A stretch of 64,000 nucleotides of DNA, from assembly GCF_058153355.1 (NCBI RefSeq), contig NZ_CM177019.1. The stretch is one strand, 5' to 3'. The position numbers and the translations under genes were made by a program. Within the stretch, counting starts at the first letter, position 1; each line of letters opens with the position of its first letter. Of the stretch, positions 31,964 through 48,291 are shown in pieces. The notes below the pieces were generated by a model that did no database searches, was not told the DNA's origin, and saw only the letters and a program-made list of their open reading frames with translations.

Positions 31964-32734
31964 ATGTTACGTATTGCGGACAAAACGTTTGATTCACATC
32001 TGTTTACCGGCACCGGGAAATTCGCTTCTTCACAACTGATGGTGGAGGCGATCCGCGCTTCCGGCAGCCAGCTGGTGACACTGGCGATGAAACGTGTCGA
32101 CTTGCGCCAACACAACGATGCTATCCTCGAACCGCTTATCGCGGCGGGTGTGACCCTGCTGCCGAATACTTCCGGGGCGAAAACCGCGGAAGAAGCCATT
32201 TTCGCCGCCCATCTGGCACGTGAAGCGTTAGGCACAAACTGGCTAAAATTAGAGATTCACCCTGACGCCCGCTGGCTGTTGCCCGATCCCATCGAAACCC
32301 TGAAAGCCGCCGAAACACTGGTACAACAGGGATTTGTCGTGCTGCCTTACTGCGGTGCCGATCCGGTGTTGTGCAAACGTCTGGAAGAAGTCGGCTGTGC
32401 AGCAGTAATGCCGCTCGGCGCGCCGATTGGCTCGAATCAGGGACTGGAAACCCGCGCCATGCTGGAGATTATTATCCAGCAAGCCACAGTTCCGGTGGTC
32501 GTTGATGCTGGCATTGGCGTTCCCAGCCATGCCGCGCAGGCGCTTGAAATGGGAGCCGATGCGGTGTTAGTGAATACGGCGATTGCCGTCGCGGACGATC
32601 CCGTCAACATGGCGAAGGCATTTCGTCTGGCGGTAGAAGCAGGCCTGCTGGCACGTCAGTCCGGGCCGGGCAGTCGCAGTCATTTTGCTCATGCCACTAG
32701 CCCGCTGACCGGATTTCTGGAGGCATCGGCATGA
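31964..32734 (+). CDS. thiG: thiazole synthase ThiG (256 aa)
   Basis: ORF 31919..32734; known N-terminus [20 protein letters not shown] starts at 31964. Confidence 0.93.
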
Positions 32735-33864
32735 AAACCTTCAGTGATCGCTGGCGACAACTGGACTGGGACGACATCCGCCTGCGAATCAACAGCAAAA
32801 CGGCAGCTGACGTAGAGCGGGCGCTCAATGTTTCGCAACTCACTCGCGACGATATGATGGCATTGCTATCACCTGCCGCTGGTGAATACCTGGAACCACT
32901 GGCCCAACGGGCGCAGCGCCTGACCCGCCAGCGATTTGGCAACGTCGTCAGCTTCTACGTCCCGCTTTATCTTTCCAATCTTTGCGCTAACGACTGCACG
33001 TACTGCGGATTTTCCATGAGCAATCGCATCAAGCGTAAAACGCTGGATGAAGCGGATATCGCCAGGGAAAGCGCCGCTATCCGGGAGATGGGCTTTGAAC
33101 ATCTATTACTGGTCACTGGTGAACATCAGGCGAAAGTGGGGATGGATTACTTTCGTCGTCATCTCCCTGTCCTGCGTGAACAGTTCTCTTCACTACAGAT
33201 GGAAGTACAGCCACTGGCGGAAGCGGAATACGCCGAGTTAAAGCAACTTGGTCTGGATGGGGTGATGGTTTATCAGGAGACATATCACGAGGCGACATAC
33301 GCCCACCATCATCTGAAAGGGAAAAAACAGGACTTCTTCTGGCGGCTGGAAACGCCGGATCGGCTGGGCCGTGCGGGGATAGATAAGATAGGCCTCGGCG
33401 CGCTAATCGGCCTTTCCGACAGCTGGCGCGTTGACTGCTATATGGTTGCCGAACATTTGCTATGGCTGCAACAACATTACTGGCAAAGCCGTTACTCTGT
33501 CTCCTTCCCGCGCCTGCGCCCGTGTACTGGCGGGATTGAGCCAGCGTCGATTATGGATGAACGCCAGTTAGTGCAAACTATCTGCGCCTTCCGCCTACTT
33601 GCGCCGGAGATTGAACTGTCACTCTCCACGCGGGAATCACCGTGGTTTCGCGATCGCGTTATTCCGCTGGCGATCAATAACGTCAGCGCCTTCTCGAAAA
33701 CGCAACCTGGTGGCTATGCCGACAATCATCCGGAGCTGGAGCAATTCTCACCGCACGACGATCGCAGGCCGGAAGCCGTTGCTGCTGCATTAACTGCTCA
33801 GGGTTTGCAGCCGGTATGGAAAGACTGGGACAACTTTCTGGGACGCGCCTCGAAAAGGACATGA
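32731..33864 (+). CDS. thiH: tyrosine lyase ThiH, radical SAM (377 aa)
   Basis: ORF 32731..33864; CxxxCxxC motif [10 protein letters not shown]; 4-bp overlap with thiG. Confidence 0.95.
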
Positions 33865-34057
33865 GACAGAATGTAAGAACGTAAATTTATTCCGAGCAGC
33901 TACGGAAGATGAAAAACGCAAGGTTGTTGAAAGCGTTGTGTTTTTTTATGGTAGTGCCGTCAGCAGGAATGTTGTCCAGGGCGAAAAGCTTCTTCCTCGT
34001 TTCGCCCTGCCTTTCTTAATATTTCCCGTGAAGAATTTGCCCTCTGAATAACACCCA

Positions 34058-34084
34058 TAAAAAAACCCGCCGAAGCGGGTTTTT
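34058..34084 (-). terminator. rpoBC operon terminator
   Basis: aaaaaaacccgccgaagcgggtttt: GC stem with 7-nt A-run on plus strand (U-run for minus-strand RNA), ~20 nt after rpoC stop. Confidence 0.8.
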
Positions 34085-34105
34085 ACGTTATTTGCGGATT
34101 AACGA

Positions 34106-37100
34106 TTACTCGTTATCAGAACCGCCCAGACCTGCGTTCAGCAGTTCTGCCAGGCTGGCAGATGCGTCTTCTGCAGTCACCTGCGGTGCAGCCGGAGCTT
34201 CACCTGCAGCACGGCGACGCATACGATCCTGGTGGTACGCGTAACCGGTACCTGCCGGGATCAGACGACCTACGATAACGTTCTCTTTCAGGCCGCGCAG
34301 TTCGTCGCGTTTGCCCGCAACGGCTGCTTCGGTCAGCACGCGAGTGGTCTCCTGGAACGATGCCGCGGAGATGAAGGACTCGGTTGCCAGAGACGCTTTG
34401 GTGATACCCAGCAGATCGCGGGAGTAAGTTGCACCCACTTTGCCGTTCGCTTCCAGTTCGCGGTTTGCGATCTTGACGCGAGAGTATTCAACCTGTTCGC
34501 CTTCCAGGAAGTCGGAGCTGCCCGCGTTAACGATGGTAGCTTTACGCAGCATCTGACGAACGATAACTTCGATGTGTTTATCGTTAATCTTAACGCCCTG
34601 CAGACGGTATACGTCCTGTACTTCATTAACGATGTAACGAGTCACAGCATGAACACCACGCAGACGCAGAATGTCATGCGGCGCTTCCGGACCATCGGAA
34701 ATTACGTCACCACGTTCTACACGTTCACCTTCGAACACGTTGAGCTGACGCCATTTCGGAATCATCTCTTCGTACGGCTCGCTACCGTCTACCGGGGTGA
34801 TAACCAGACGACGTTTACCTTTGGTTTCTTTACCGAAGGAAACCACACCGCTGATTTCAGCCAGGATTGCCGGCTCTTTCGGACGACGTGCTTCGAACAG
34901 GTCCGCAACGCGTGGCAGACCACCGGTGATGTCCTTGGTACCGCCAGATTCTTGCGGAATACGCGCCAGGGTGTCACCAGAGCTGATCTGTACGCCATCT
35001 TCCAGCTGAACAATCGCTTTACCCGGCAGGAAGTACTGCGCAGGCATGTCGGTACCCGGGATGAGAACGTCATTACCCTGAGCATCAACAATTTTCAGTG
35101 CCGGACGCAGATCTTTACCACCTGCGGTACGTTCTGCGGAATCCAGAACCACCAGCGAAGACAGACCGGTCAATTCGTCGGTCTGACGAGTAATGGTCTG
35201 GCCGTCGATCATGTCAGTAAAGCGTACAAAACCGCTTACTTCGGTGATAACCGGCATGGTGTGCGGGTCCCAGTTTGCAACGGTCTCGCCGCCAGCAACC
35301 TGTTCGCCATCGCCTTTCGCCAGTACTGCACCGTAAGGCACTTTATAGCTTTCTTTGGTACGACCGAATTCGTCGATCAGTTTCAGTTCGGTGTTACGGG
35401 AAGTGATAACCAGTTTACCGCTGGAGTTCACAACCGACTTCACGTTGCTGAGCTTGATGCTACCTTTGTTTTTCACCTGGATGCTGGATTCAGCAGCCGC
35501 ACGAGATGCCGCACCACCGATGTGGAACGTACGCATGGTCAGCTGTGTACCCGGTTCACCGATGGACTGTGCCGCGATAACACCGATTGCTTCACCTTTG
35601 TTGATGATGTGGCCACGTGCCAGGTCACGACCGTAGCAGTGCGCACATACACCAAAGTCGGTGTCACAAGATACAACAGAACGTACTTTAACCGCGTCGA
35701 CAGAGTTCTCTTCCAGCAGGTCACACCACTGTTCGTGCAGCAGCGTGTTGCGCGGAACGAGGATATCAGCAGTACCCGGCTTCAGAACGTCTTCAGCAGT
35801 TACACGACCCAGTACGCGATCGCGCAGCGGCTCTTTAACGTCACCACCTTCGATAACCGGAGTCATCATGATACCTTCATGAGTACCACAATCGTCTTCG
35901 GTAACCACCAGGTCCTGCGCCACGTCAACCAGACGACGAGTCAGGTAACCGGAGTTCGCAGTTTTCAGTGCGGTATCCGCCAGACCTTTACGAGCACCGT
36001 GGGTTGAGATGAAGTACTGGAGTACGTTCAGACCTTCACGGAAGTTCGCGGTGATTGGCGTTTCGATGATGGAGCCATCCGGCTTCGCCATCAGACCACG
36101 CATACCCGCCAGCTGACGAATCTGTGCCGCAGAACCACGCGCACCGGAGTCGGCCATCATGTAGATGCTGTTGAAGGAAACCTGCTTCTCTTCCTGACCG
36201 TCACGGTTAATAACGGTTTCAGTTTGCAGATTATCCATCATCGCTTTGGATACACGATCGTTCGCCGCAGCCCAGATATCGATAACTTTGTTGTAGCGTT
36301 CGCCCGCAGTTACCAGACCAGACTGGAACTGCTCCTGAATCTCAGCAACTTCAGCTTCTGCCTCGGAGATGATTTCGTGTTTCTTCTCCGGGATGACCAT
36401 GTCATCGATACCAACAGATGCACCAGAACGCGCTGCATATGCAAAGCCGGTGTACATGATCTGGTCCGCAAAAATAACGGTCGGTTTCAGACCGAGAATG
36501 CGGTAGCAGGTGTTCAGCATTTTGGAGATTGCTTTCTTACCCAGCGCCTGGTTGACGATGGAGTAAGGCAGACCTTTCGGTACAATCATCCACAGAATGG
36601 CACGGCCAACGGTCGTATCTTTCAGACTGGTTTTCGCTACTAATTCACCGTTAGCATCTTTTTCATACTCGGTGATACGCACTTTAACGCGCGCATGCAG
36701 AGAAGCCAGACCAGAGCGATACAGACGTTCTGCTTCTTTCGGGCCAGTCAGTACCATGCCTTCGCCTTTGGCGTTAACACAGTCACGGGTCATGTAGTAC
36801 AGACCCAATACAACGTCCTGAGACGGAACGATGATTGGTTCGCCGTTCGCCGGGGACAGGATGTTGTTGGTAGACATCATCAGCGCACGCGCTTCCAGCT
36901 GTGCTTCCAGCGTCAGCGGTACGTGAACAGCCATCTGGTCACCATCGAAGTCGGCGTTATATGCCGCACAAACCAGCGGGTGCAGCTGGATAGCTTTACC
37001 TTCGATCAGTACCGGTTCAAATGCCTGGATACCCAGACGGTGCAGAGTCGGTGCACGGTTCAGCAGTACCGGGTGTTCGCGGATAACTTCGTCCAGGATA

Positions 37101-38329
37101 TCCCAAACGACAGCTTCTTCGCGCTCAACCATTTTCTTCGCAGCTTTAATGGTGGTAGCAAGACCACGCAGTTCCAGCTTGCCGTAGATGAACGGTTTGA
37201 ACAGTTCCAGTGCCATTTTCTTCGGCAGACCGCACTGATGCAGACGCAGGTATGGACCTACGGTGATTACAGAACGACCGGAGTAGTCAACACGCTTACC
37301 GAGCAGGTTCTGACGGAAACGACCCTGTTTACCTTTGATCATGTCGGCCAAAGATTTCAGAGGACGCTTGTTAGAACCGGTGATCGCACGACCGCGACGA
37401 CCGTTATCCAACAGGGCGTCTACCGCTTCCTGCAGCATACGTTTTTCGTTACGTACGATGATGTCCGGCGCAGCCAGATCCAGCAGACGTTTGAGACGGT
37501 TGTTACGGTTAATGACGCGACGATACAGATCGTTCAGGTCAGAAGTCGCGAAACGACCACCATCCAGCGGAACCAGCGGACGCAGATCTGGCGGCAGTAC
37601 CGGCAGAACGGTCAGGATCATCCACTCTGGTTTGTTACCAGACTGAACGAACGCTTCCAGCAGTTTGATACGCTTGGTCAGCTTCTTACGCTTAGTTTCG
37701 GAGTTGGTTTCGTTCAGCTCTTCACGCAGCTGTTCGCACTCTTGCTCCAGATCCATGCTCTTCAGCAGAGCCTGGATTGCTTCCGCACCCATCTTCGCGT
37801 CGAATTCGTCACCGAACTCTTCCAGCGCATCCAGATACTGCTCTTCAGTCAGGATCTGCTGACGTTCCAGGTTGGTCATACCGCCTTCGATAACTACATA
37901 GGATTCGAAGTACAGTACGCGTTCGATATCGCGCAGCGGCATATCGAGCAGCAGGCCGATACGGGACGGCAGCGATTTCAGGAACCAGATGTGCGCAGTC
38001 GGGGAAGCCAGTTCGATGTGGCCCATACGCTCACGACGTACTTTGGTCTGGGTCACTTCAACGCCGCACTTCTCACAGATGACGCCACGGTGTTTCAGGC
38101 GCTTGTACTTACCGCACAGGCACTCGTAATCTTTTACCGGCCCAAAGATACGGGCGCAGAAAAGGCCGTCACGTTCTGGTTTGAACGTACGGTAGTTGAT
38201 GGTTTCCGGCTTTTTAACTTCACCGAAAGACCATGAACGGATCATGTCTGGCGAAGCCAGAGCAATTTTGATCGCATCAAACTCTTCGGTTTTAGTCTGC
38301 GCTTTCAGAAACTTTAATAAATCTTTCAC
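34106..38329 (-). CDS. rpoC: RNA polymerase beta' subunit RpoC (1407 aa)
   Basis: ORF 34106..38329 minus with GTG start; product begins [32 protein letters not shown]. Confidence 0.97.
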   Translation of the reverse strand: MKDLLKFLKAQTKTEEFDAIKIALASPDMIRSWSFGEVKKPETINYRTFKPERDGLFCARIFGPVKDYECLCGKYKRLKHRGVICEKCGVEVTQTKVRRERMGHIELASPTAHIWFLKSLPSRIGLLLDMPLRDIERVLYFESYVVIEGGMTNLERQQILTEEQYLDALEEFGDEFDAKMGAEAIQALLKSMDLEQECEQLREELNETNSETKRKKLTKRIKLLEAFVQSGNKPEWMILTVLPVLPPDLRPLVPLDGGRFATSDLNDLYRRVINRNNRLKRLLDLAAPDIIVRNEKRMLQEAVDALLDNGRRGRAITGSNKRPLKSLADMIKGKQGRFRQNLLGKRVDYSGRSVITVGPYLRLHQCGLPKKMALELFKPFIYGKLELRGLATTIKAAKKMVEREEAVVWDILDEVIREHPVLLNRAPTLHRLGIQAFEPVLIEGKAIQLHPLVCAAYNADFDGDQMAVHVPLTLEAQLEARALMMSTNNILSPANGEPIIVPSQDVVLGLYYMTRDCVNAKGEGMVLTGPKEAERLYRSGLASLHARVKVRITEYEKDANGELVAKTSLKDTTVGRAILWMIVPKGLPYSIVNQALGKKAISKMLNTCYRILGLKPTVIFADQIMYTGFAYAARSGASVGIDDMVIPEKKHEIISEAEAEVAEIQEQFQSGLVTAGERYNKVIDIWAAANDRVSKAMMDNLQTETVINRDGQEEKQVSFNSIYMMADSGARGSAAQIRQLAGMRGLMAKPDGSIIETPITANFREGLNVLQYFISTHGARKGLADTALKTANSGYLTRRLVDVAQDLVVTEDDCGTHEGIMMTPVIEGGDVKEPLRDRVLGRVTAEDVLKPGTADILVPRNTLLHEQWCDLLEENSVDAVKVRSVVSCDTDFGVCAHCYGRDLARGHIINKGEAIGVIAAQSIGEPGTQLTMRTFHIGGAASRAAAESSIQVKNKGSIKLSNVKSVVNSSGKLVITSRNTELKLIDEFGRTKESYKVPYGAVLAKGDGEQVAGGETVANWDPHTMPVITEVSGFVRFTDMIDGQTITRQTDELTGLSSLVVLDSAERTAGGKDLRPALKIVDAQGNDVLIPGTDMPAQYFLPGKAIVQLEDGVQISSGDTLARIPQESGGTKDITGGLPRVADLFEARRPKEPAILAEISGVVSFGKETKGKRRLVITPVDGSEPYEEMIPKWRQLNVFEGERVERGDVISDGPEAPHDILRLRGVHAVTRYIVNEVQDVYRLQGVKINDKHIEVIVRQMLRKATIVNAGSSDFLEGEQVEYSRVKIANRELEANGKVGATYSRDLLGITKASLATESFISAASFQETTRVLTEAAVAGKRDELRGLKENVIVGRLIPAGTGYAYHQDRMRRRAAGEAPAAPQVTAEDASASLAELLNAGLGGSDNE

Positions 38330-38405
38330 GGATTTGCTCCCGTCGGAGTTAGCACAATCCGCTGCCGGGTTTTACCCCGACAGCAGTGACCTGTTTGAGC
38401 GAGAA

Positions 38406-41400
38406 TTACTCGTCTTCCAGTTCGATGTTGATACCCAGCGAACGAATCTCTTTCAACAATACGTTGAAGGATTCTGGCATGCCCGGCTCCATCTGATGGT
38501 TGCCGTCCACGATGTTTTTATACATCTTGGTACGACCGTTCACGTCATCAGACTTAACGGTGAGCATTTCCTGCAGGGTGTATGCTGCGCCGTATGCTTC
38601 CAGCGCCCACACTTCCATCTCCCCGAAACGCTGACCACCGAACTGTGCCTTACCACCCAGCGGCTGCTGAGTAACCAGGCTGTAAGAACCGGTGGAACGC
38701 GCGTGCATCTTGTCGTCGACCAAGTGGTTCAGTTTCAGCATGTACATGTAACCCACGGTTACCGGACGTTCGAACTGTTCACCAGTGCGACCGTCGTACA
38801 GGCGGATCTGACCAGAAGTCGGCAGGTCGCCAAGTTTCAGCAGTTCTTTAATTTCTGCTTCTTTCGCACCGTCGAAGACCGGCGTTGCGATTGGCATACC
38901 TTTGCGCAGGTTTTCAGCCAGACGCATAACTTCTTCATCGCTGAAGGTACTTAGGTCAACTTTCTGACGAACGTCAGCGCCCAGATCGTACGCACGCTGG
39001 ATGAATTCGCGCAGTTTCGCGACTTCTTGCTGCTGTTTCAGCATGGCGTTGATCTTGTCGCCGATACCTTTCGCAGCCATACCCAGGTGGGTTTCGAGGA
39101 TCTGACCGATGTTCATACGAGACGGTACGCCCAGCGGGTTCAGTACGATGTCTACCGGTGTACCGTTTTCATCGTAAGGCATATCTTCGATCGGGTTGAT
39201 CTTAGAAATTACACCCTTGTTACCGTGACGGCCTGCCATCTTGTCACCAGGCTGGATACGGCGTTTAACCGCCAGATATACCTTAACAATCTTCAGCACG
39301 CCCGGTGCCAGATCGTCGCCCTGGGTGATTTTGCGGCGTTTCGCTTCGAGTTTCTTCTCGAACTCGTGTTTCAGTTCGTCATACTGCTCAGCCAGCTGTT
39401 CCAGCTGATTTTGTTTCTCTTCGTCGGTCAGGCCCAGCTCCAACCAGCGATCGCGCGGCAGTTTGTCGAGCTTCTCAGCTTCAACGCCACCGGCTACCAG
39501 CACAGCACGGATACGGCTGAACAGACCCGCTTCGAGGATCTGCAGTTCTTCAGACAGGTCTTTCTTCGCCTGTTTGAGCTGCATTTCTTCGATTTCCAGC
39601 GCACGTTTGTCTTTTTCTACGCCATCGCGAGTAAAGACCTGAACGTCGATAACCGTACCGGATACACCGTTTGGTACGCGCAGAGAAGAGTCTTTAACGT
39701 CAGACGCTTTCTCACCGAAGATCGCACGCAGCAGTTTTTCTTCTGGGGTCAGCTGAGTTTCACCTTTCGGCGTTACCTTACCAACCAGAATGTCGCCACC
39801 GGTCACTTCCGCACCAATGTAAACGATACCGGATTCATCCAGTTTGGAGAGCGCAGCTTCCCCCACGTTCGGGATGTCAGCGGTGATCTCTTCTGGCCCC
39901 AGCTTGGTGTCACGGGACACACATGCCAGTTCCTGAATGTGAATGGTGGTGAAACGATCTTCCTGAACAACACGCTCGGATACGAGGATGGAGTCTTCGA
40001 AGTTGTAACCATTCCACGGCATGAACGCTACGCGCATGTTCTGACCGAGCGCCAGTTCACCGAGGTCGGTGGACGGACCGTCTGCCAGCACGTCGCCACG
40101 TTCTACCGGTTCACCCAGAGACACACACGGCATCTGGTTGATACAGGTGTTCTGGTTAGAACGGGTGTACTTGGTCAGGTTGTAGATGTCGATACCTGCT
40201 TCACCCGGATACATCTCATCTTCATTAACTTTGATAACGATACGGGAAGCATCCACGTACTGAACGACACCACCACGTTTAGCAACCGCAGTTACACCGG
40301 AGTCAACGGCAACAGCACGTTCCATACCCGTACCAACCAGCGGCTTATCAGCACGCAGAGTCGGAACGGCCTGACGTTGCATGTTCGCACCCATCAATGC
40401 ACGGTTGGCGTCATCGTGTTCAAGGAACGGGATCAGGGACGCACCGACGGATACCACCTGCTGGGTGGATACGTCCATGTAGTCAACCTGGTCGCGGCTG
40501 AACAAGCTGGATTCGCCTTTGCTACGGCAAGTTACCAGGTCTTCTACGAAGTGGCCTTCTTCATCCAGGTTGGAGTTCGCCTGGGCGATAACGTAGTTGC
40601 CTTCTTCGATAGCAGACAGGTAGTGAATTTCGTCGGTTACAACACCGTCGATCACTTTACGGTACGGCGTCTCAAGGAAGCCATATTCGTTAGTCTGTGC
40701 GTACACGGACAGGGAGTTGATCAGACCGATGTTCGGGCCTTCAGGAGTTTCGATTGGACATACGCGACCGTAGTGAGTCGGGTGTACGTCTCGAACTTCG
40801 AAGCCTGCACGTTCACGGGTCAGACCGCCTGGGCCGAGTGCGGAGATACGACGCTTGTGCGTAATCTCAGACAGCGGGTTGTTCTGGTCCATAAACTGAG
40901 ACAGCTGGCTGGAACCAAAGAACTCTTTCACTGCTGCGGAAATCGGTTTGGCGTTGATCATATCCTGAGGCATCAGGGTATCCAGATCGCCCAGAGACAA
41001 ACGCTCTTTCACCGCACGCTCTACACGTACCAGGCCAACGCGGAACTGGTTTTCCGCCATTTCGCCAACGGAACGGATACGACGGTTACCGAGGTGGTCG
41101 ATATCATCGACTTCGCCTTTACCGTTACGGATATCGATGAGCTTTTTCATAACATCAATGATGTCGTCTTTGCTCAGGATACCGGAACCTTCGATTTCGT
41201 CGCGCAGCAGAGAACGGTTGAACTTCATACGACCAACCGCAGACAAGTCATAGCGGTCTTCGGAGAAGAACAGGTTCTCGAACAGGCTTTCAGCGGCTTC
41301 ACGAGTCGGCGGCTCGCCAGGGCGCATCATGCGGTAGATTTCTACCAGTGCGCTCAGACGATCGTTAGTTGGGTCGACACGTAAGGTTTCAGAGATATAC

Positions 41401-42434
41401 GGGCCGTGATCCAGATCGTTGGTGAACAGCGTTTCGATACGCTTGTGACCAGACTGGCTCAGCTTAGCCAGCAGATCCAGGCTCAGCTCCATGTTCGCAG
41501 CACAGATCAGCTCACCAGTAGACTCATCAATGTAGTCTTTAGCAACCACTTTACCTGCGATGTACTCAACCGGGACTTCGATCAGTTTGACGTCGTCTTT
41601 TTCCAGCTGGCGAATGTGGCGCGCAGTAATGCGGCGGCCTTTTTCTACGTACACTTTACCGTTAGCTTCGATGTCAAAAGATGCGGTTTCACCACGCAGG
41701 CGTTCCGGCACCAGTTCCATCTGCAGCTTGTTATCACGGATTTCAAAGATAACTTTTTCAAAGAACAGGTCGAGGATCTGCTCTGTGGTGTAGTTCAGGG
41801 CACGCAGAATGATGGTCGCAGGCAGTTTACGGCGACGGTCGATACGTACGAACAGGTTGTCCTTCGGATCGAATTCGAAGTCCAGCCAGGAACCACGGTA
41901 AGGGATGATGCGCGCGTTATACAGCACTTTACCCGAAGAGTGGGTTTTACCTTTGTCGGAGTCAAAGAAGACGCCCGGACTACGGTGCAGCTGGGAAACG
42001 ATAACACGCTCAGTACCGTTGATAACAAAGGTACCGTTGTCCGTCATGAGCGGAATTTCGCCCATGTAGACTTCTTGTTCTTTAATGTCTTTTACGGTGC
42101 CTTCCGGCGCTTCGCGCTCATAGATCACCAGACGCAGTTTAACGCGCAGCGGTGCGGAATAGGTCACGCCACGGATTTGACATTCCTGGACGTCAAACAC
42201 CGGTTCGCCAAGGCGGTAGCTGACGTATTGCAGCTCGGAATTACCGCTGTAGCTCTGAATCGGGAATACGGAACGGAAAGCAGCTTCCAGACCATACTGC
42301 CCTTCAGGATCTTGCTCGATAAATTTCTGAAACGAGTCAAGCTGGATAGAAAGGAGATAAGGTACATCCAGAACTTGTGGACGTTTACCAAAATCCTTAC
42401 GAATACGTTTTTTCTCGGTATAGGAGTAAACCAT
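38406..42434 (-). CDS. rpoB: RNA polymerase beta subunit RpoB (1342 aa)
   Basis: ORF 38406..42467 minus; known N-terminus [19 protein letters not shown] starts at 42434. Confidence 0.97.
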   Translation of the reverse strand: MVYSYTEKKRIRKDFGKRPQVLDVPYLLSIQLDSFQKFIEQDPEGQYGLEAAFRSVFPIQSYSGNSELQYVSYRLGEPVFDVQECQIRGVTYSAPLRVKLRLVIYEREAPEGTVKDIKEQEVYMGEIPLMTDNGTFVINGTERVIVSQLHRSPGVFFDSDKGKTHSSGKVLYNARIIPYRGSWLDFEFDPKDNLFVRIDRRRKLPATIILRALNYTTEQILDLFFEKVIFEIRDNKLQMELVPERLRGETASFDIEANGKVYVEKGRRITARHIRQLEKDDVKLIEVPVEYIAGKVVAKDYIDESTGELICAANMELSLDLLAKLSQSGHKRIETLFTNDLDHGPYISETLRVDPTNDRLSALVEIYRMMRPGEPPTREAAESLFENLFFSEDRYDLSAVGRMKFNRSLLRDEIEGSGILSKDDIIDVMKKLIDIRNGKGEVDDIDHLGNRRIRSVGEMAENQFRVGLVRVERAVKERLSLGDLDTLMPQDMINAKPISAAVKEFFGSSQLSQFMDQNNPLSEITHKRRISALGPGGLTRERAGFEVRDVHPTHYGRVCPIETPEGPNIGLINSLSVYAQTNEYGFLETPYRKVIDGVVTDEIHYLSAIEEGNYVIAQANSNLDEEGHFVEDLVTCRSKGESSLFSRDQVDYMDVSTQQVVSVGASLIPFLEHDDANRALMGANMQRQAVPTLRADKPLVGTGMERAVAVDSGVTAVAKRGGVVQYVDASRIVIKVNEDEMYPGEAGIDIYNLTKYTRSNQNTCINQMPCVSLGEPVERGDVLADGPSTDLGELALGQNMRVAFMPWNGYNFEDSILVSERVVQEDRFTTIHIQELACVSRDTKLGPEEITADIPNVGEAALSKLDESGIVYIGAEVTGGDILVGKVTPKGETQLTPEEKLLRAIFGEKASDVKDSSLRVPNGVSGTVIDVQVFTRDGVEKDKRALEIEEMQLKQAKKDLSEELQILEAGLFSRIRAVLVAGGVEAEKLDKLPRDRWLELGLTDEEKQNQLEQLAEQYDELKHEFEKKLEAKRRKITQGDDLAPGVLKIVKVYLAVKRRIQPGDKMAGRHGNKGVISKINPIEDMPYDENGTPVDIVLNPLGVPSRMNIGQILETHLGMAAKGIGDKINAMLKQQQEVAKLREFIQRAYDLGADVRQKVDLSTFSDEEVMRLAENLRKGMPIATPVFDGAKEAEIKELLKLGDLPTSGQIRLYDGRTGEQFERPVTVGYMYMLKLNHLVDDKMHARSTGSYSLVTQQPLGGKAQFGGQRFGEMEVWALEAYGAAYTLQEMLTVKSDDVNGRTKMYKNIVDGNHQMEPGMPESFNVLLKEIRSLGINIELEDE

Positions 42435-42682
42435 AGGGTTCCTCAGCTCGCTGACAAGTCGACCCATCTGTCCATTGAGCGGACAGTTTGTGCAACACTA
42501 TTTTGTTGACCGGAAAATGGAACACTTTCCGCAATGCCTGTTGCTATCACGCTTAAACCATTTCATTGCGATTTACACAGAACGGGCGTCCTGTCGCAGT
42601 ATATTAAGTCGTCGATAGAAACAAGCATTGAAAGGCACAGCAGTAGTCAAACAGTGTGAAACGCTACTGGCGCCTTACAGCG

Positions 42683-42713
42683 CAAAAAGGCTGGTGACTA
42701 AAAAGTCACCAGC
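42683..42713 (-). promoter_or_regulatory. rplL-rpoB intergenic transcriptional attenuator
   Basis: ggctggtgactaaaaagtcaccagcc hairpin with adjacent A-run on plus strand (U-run in minus-strand RNA) in the 319-nt rplL-rpoB spacer. Confidence 0.6.
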
Positions 42714-42753
42714 CATCAGCCTGATTTCTCAGGCTGCAACCGGAAGGGTTGGC

Positions 42754-43119
<366 letters not shown>

Positions 43120-43185
43120 TTAAATTGTTCCTGAATATCAGAATAAGTTTATACGTAAGCGAATGCGTTAAAAAGATAACTGCGA

Positions 43186-43683
43186 TTAAGCAGCTTCTTT
43201 CGCATCGCGTACAGCAGCCAGAGTACGAACCAGTTTGCCAGCCGAAGCTTCTTTCATGGTTGCCATCAGGCGTGCAATTGCTTCTTCGTAGGTCGGCAGA
43301 GTTGCCAGGCGGTCGATCTGAGACGCCGGGATCAGCTCACCTTCAAAGGCAGCGGCTTTGACCTCAAATTTTGCATTCGCTTTCGCGAACTCTTTGAACA
43401 GACGAGCAGCAGCGCCCGGATGTTCCATAGAGTATGCAATCAGGGTCGGACCAACAAACGCGTCTTTCAGGCACTCGAACGGAGTACCTTCAACAGCACG
43501 GCGCAGCAGGGTGTTACGAACAACACGCATGTATACGCCAGCTTCGCGACCTGCTTTACGCAGTTCAGTCATTTTATCTACAGTTACGCCACGGGAATCC
43601 GCAACTACTGCAGACAGCGCGCCTTTGGCTACTTCGCTGACTTCAGCAACAATCGCTTGTTTGTCTTGAAGATTTAAAGCCAT
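43186..43683 (-). CDS. rplJ: 50S ribosomal protein L10 (165 aa)
   Basis: ORF 43186..43683 minus; recognised as L10. Confidence 0.97.
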
Positions 43684-44095
43684 TAGCTTTGCTCCTGGAT
43701 GTTTGCCAGAGAAAATCTCTGGAACTCACTTCACTCCTCCAAACGGAGAGAGCGTCTTAATTACGGTGAGCAGAAACAAGCCAGAATATAAAAGAATAAT
43801 CTTAGCGTTCTGTCACCGTCTACGCAGGGGATTAAGTTTCTTGCGAAACTCCTGCGGTCTTCGACGGAGGCCTGGATAGGCCAGGCTCCAACGAACAAAT
43901 CTTTTCTATCCGTCGCTATTCAGCTTGTAGCGGCGTTGGCTTCCTTCGTTCGCACCAGTCACATAGTTAGCTATGCTCCTGGCGACTCACTCAGTTGCCG
44001 CCTTGCTACAACCCGAATATCTCGGATATACGTCTGCATTAAGCATTATACGTGGGGGTAAGATTGTAGACAAAATCACCGCCCACGTAAAGGCA
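43684..44095 (-). promoter_or_regulatory. rplJ leader (L10 promoter and L10/L12 autoregulatory site)
   Basis: ~410-nt untranslated spacer between rplA and rplJ; known long rplJ leader. Confidence 0.5.
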
Positions 44096-45390
<1,295 letters not shown>

Positions 45391-45936
45391 TTAGGCTTTT
45401 TCAACCTGGCTGAAGTCCAGCTCTACCGGGGTCGCACGACCGAAGATAGAAACAGACACTTTCAGACGAGATTTCTCGTAATCAACTTCTTCAACAACAC
45501 CGTTGAAGTCAGCGAACGGACCATCATTAACACGAACCATTTCACCCGGTTCAAACAGCGTTTTCGGACGCGGCTTATCGCCAACCTGCTGCAGGCGATT
45601 CATAATCGCATCCACTTCTTTATCGCTGATTGGCGCAGGACGATCGGAAGTACCGCCGATGAAGCCCATCACACGCGGTACGCTGCGCACCAGGTGCCAG
45701 CTCGCGTCGTTCATCACCATCTGAACGAGGACGTAGCCAGGGAAGAATTTGCGTTCGCTTTTGCGACGCTGTCCGCCACGGATTTCAACCACTTCTTCGG
45801 TTGGTACCATGACTTCACCAAACAAATCTTCCATGTTATGTAATTTGATATGCTCACGTAGCGACGTTGCTACGCGGCCTTCAAAACCGGAAAACGCCTG
45901 AACGACGTACCAGCGCTTTTTAGGAGCTTCAGACAT
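45391..45936 (-). CDS. nusG: transcription termination/antitermination factor NusG (181 aa)
   Basis: ORF 45391..45936 minus; recognised as NusG. Confidence 0.97.
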
Positions 45937-45937
45937 C

Positions 45938-46321
45938 TCAGAACCTCAGGCCAGTGATAAAGGATACCAGGCGAACCAGAATACCATCCAGTCCCCACAG
46001 GATCAGTGACATTACTGCGGTAACCGCAGCCACAATCAGCGTGGTGTGCAATGTTTCCTGGCGAGTCGGCCAAATGACCTTACGGACTTCGATACGCGCT
46101 TCACGGGCAAAAGCAACGGTTGCTTTTCCTTTTGTCGTTAACAGCGCGACACCACCCGCTGCAGCAATCAGAATTACTACGGCCAGCGCACGCAGCGGCA
46201 GCATAATGTCGCGATAAAGGTAGTTGCCGACAATTGCTACCAGGAGCAATGCCACCACAACGACCCACTTCATCGCTTCCAGGCCGCGCCCGCTTCCTTG
46301 AGCTTCGGTATTCGCACTCAT
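45938..46321 (-). CDS. secE: preprotein translocase subunit SecE (127 aa)
   Basis: ORF 45938..46321 minus; recognised as SecE. Confidence 0.96.
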   Translation of the reverse strand: MSANTEAQGSGRGLEAMKWVVVVALLLVAIVGNYLYRDIMLPLRALAVVILIAAAGGVALLTTKGKATVAFAREARIEVRKVIWPTRQETLHTTLIVAAVTAVMSLILWGLDGILVRLVSFITGLRF

Positions 46322-46492
46322 AAACCAACCTGTCAGAAGTATTCTACAAACATTTTCACCCCGCGATCGCGAGGCAAACCAAATCGAAACGCGTATTAGC
46401 TTTTCGGATTATACGCCCTCAACAGAGCCTGTCTCAGCAATGATTATGACAAAGAAAATCACTGATGAGCCAGGTTCTGGTACGAAAGCGTG

Positions 46493-46521
46493 CAAAAAGG
46501 GCATCAAATGATGCCCTTTTA
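46493..46521 (-). terminator. tufB terminator
   Basis: aaaaagggcatcaaatgatgccctttt hairpin flanked by A/T runs, ~30 nt after tufB stop. Confidence 0.6.
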
Positions 46522-46550
46522 GTGCGCATTGCGTCAAATGTTATCGGCAA

Positions 46551-47771
<1,221 letters not shown>

Positions 47772-47849
47772 TCACCACATCAACCAGGCAACATGCCCGA
47801 CTTGTTGAATGCAATAAACAGAAGGAAAAAACAGGGAGGAGAAAAGAAG

Positions 47850-47925
47850 TGGTGCTGATAGGCAGATTCGAACTGCCGACCTCACCCTTACCAAGGGTGC
47901 GCTCTACCAACTGAGCTATATCAGC
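47850..47925 (-). tRNA. thrT: tRNA-Thr (GGU)
   Basis: Reverse complement gctgatatagctcagttggtagagcgcacccttggtaagggtgaggtcggcagttcgaatctgcctatcagcacca. Confidence 0.95.
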
Positions 47926-47931
47926 ACATCT

Positions 47932-48006
<75 letters not shown>

Positions 48007-48122
48007 ATCCTGGAACTCGGCTACCTGATTTTCATTCTGCACTGAATATCGAGAGAAGCTCTCTTTATTCGAGCCGGTAAGCGAACTTATCGTCTCGGGC
48101 TACGCCATCGCGTGGCCGAAAT

Positions 48123-48207
<85 letters not shown>

Positions 48208-48215
48208 GGACTTGA

Positions 48216-48291
<76 letters not shown>

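Noticed and set aside
38406-42434. A few RpoB/RpoC residues that seemed to differ from my recollection of K-12 (for example RpoB ...YRKVIDGVV...)
   Set aside because: My memory of individual residues is not reliable enough; the rifampicin-resistance cluster around residues 507-533 looks wild-type. Needs alignment.
34232-42509. Very long ORFs antisense to rpoC and rpoB (591, 513, 785 and 367 aa); similar ones antisense to tufB (46641..47750), rplA/rplK (43973..45286), purH, purD and aceA
   Set aside because: They lie entirely inside strongly recognised, highly expressed genes whose codon bias depletes stop codons on the opposite strand; no independent start context or known product.
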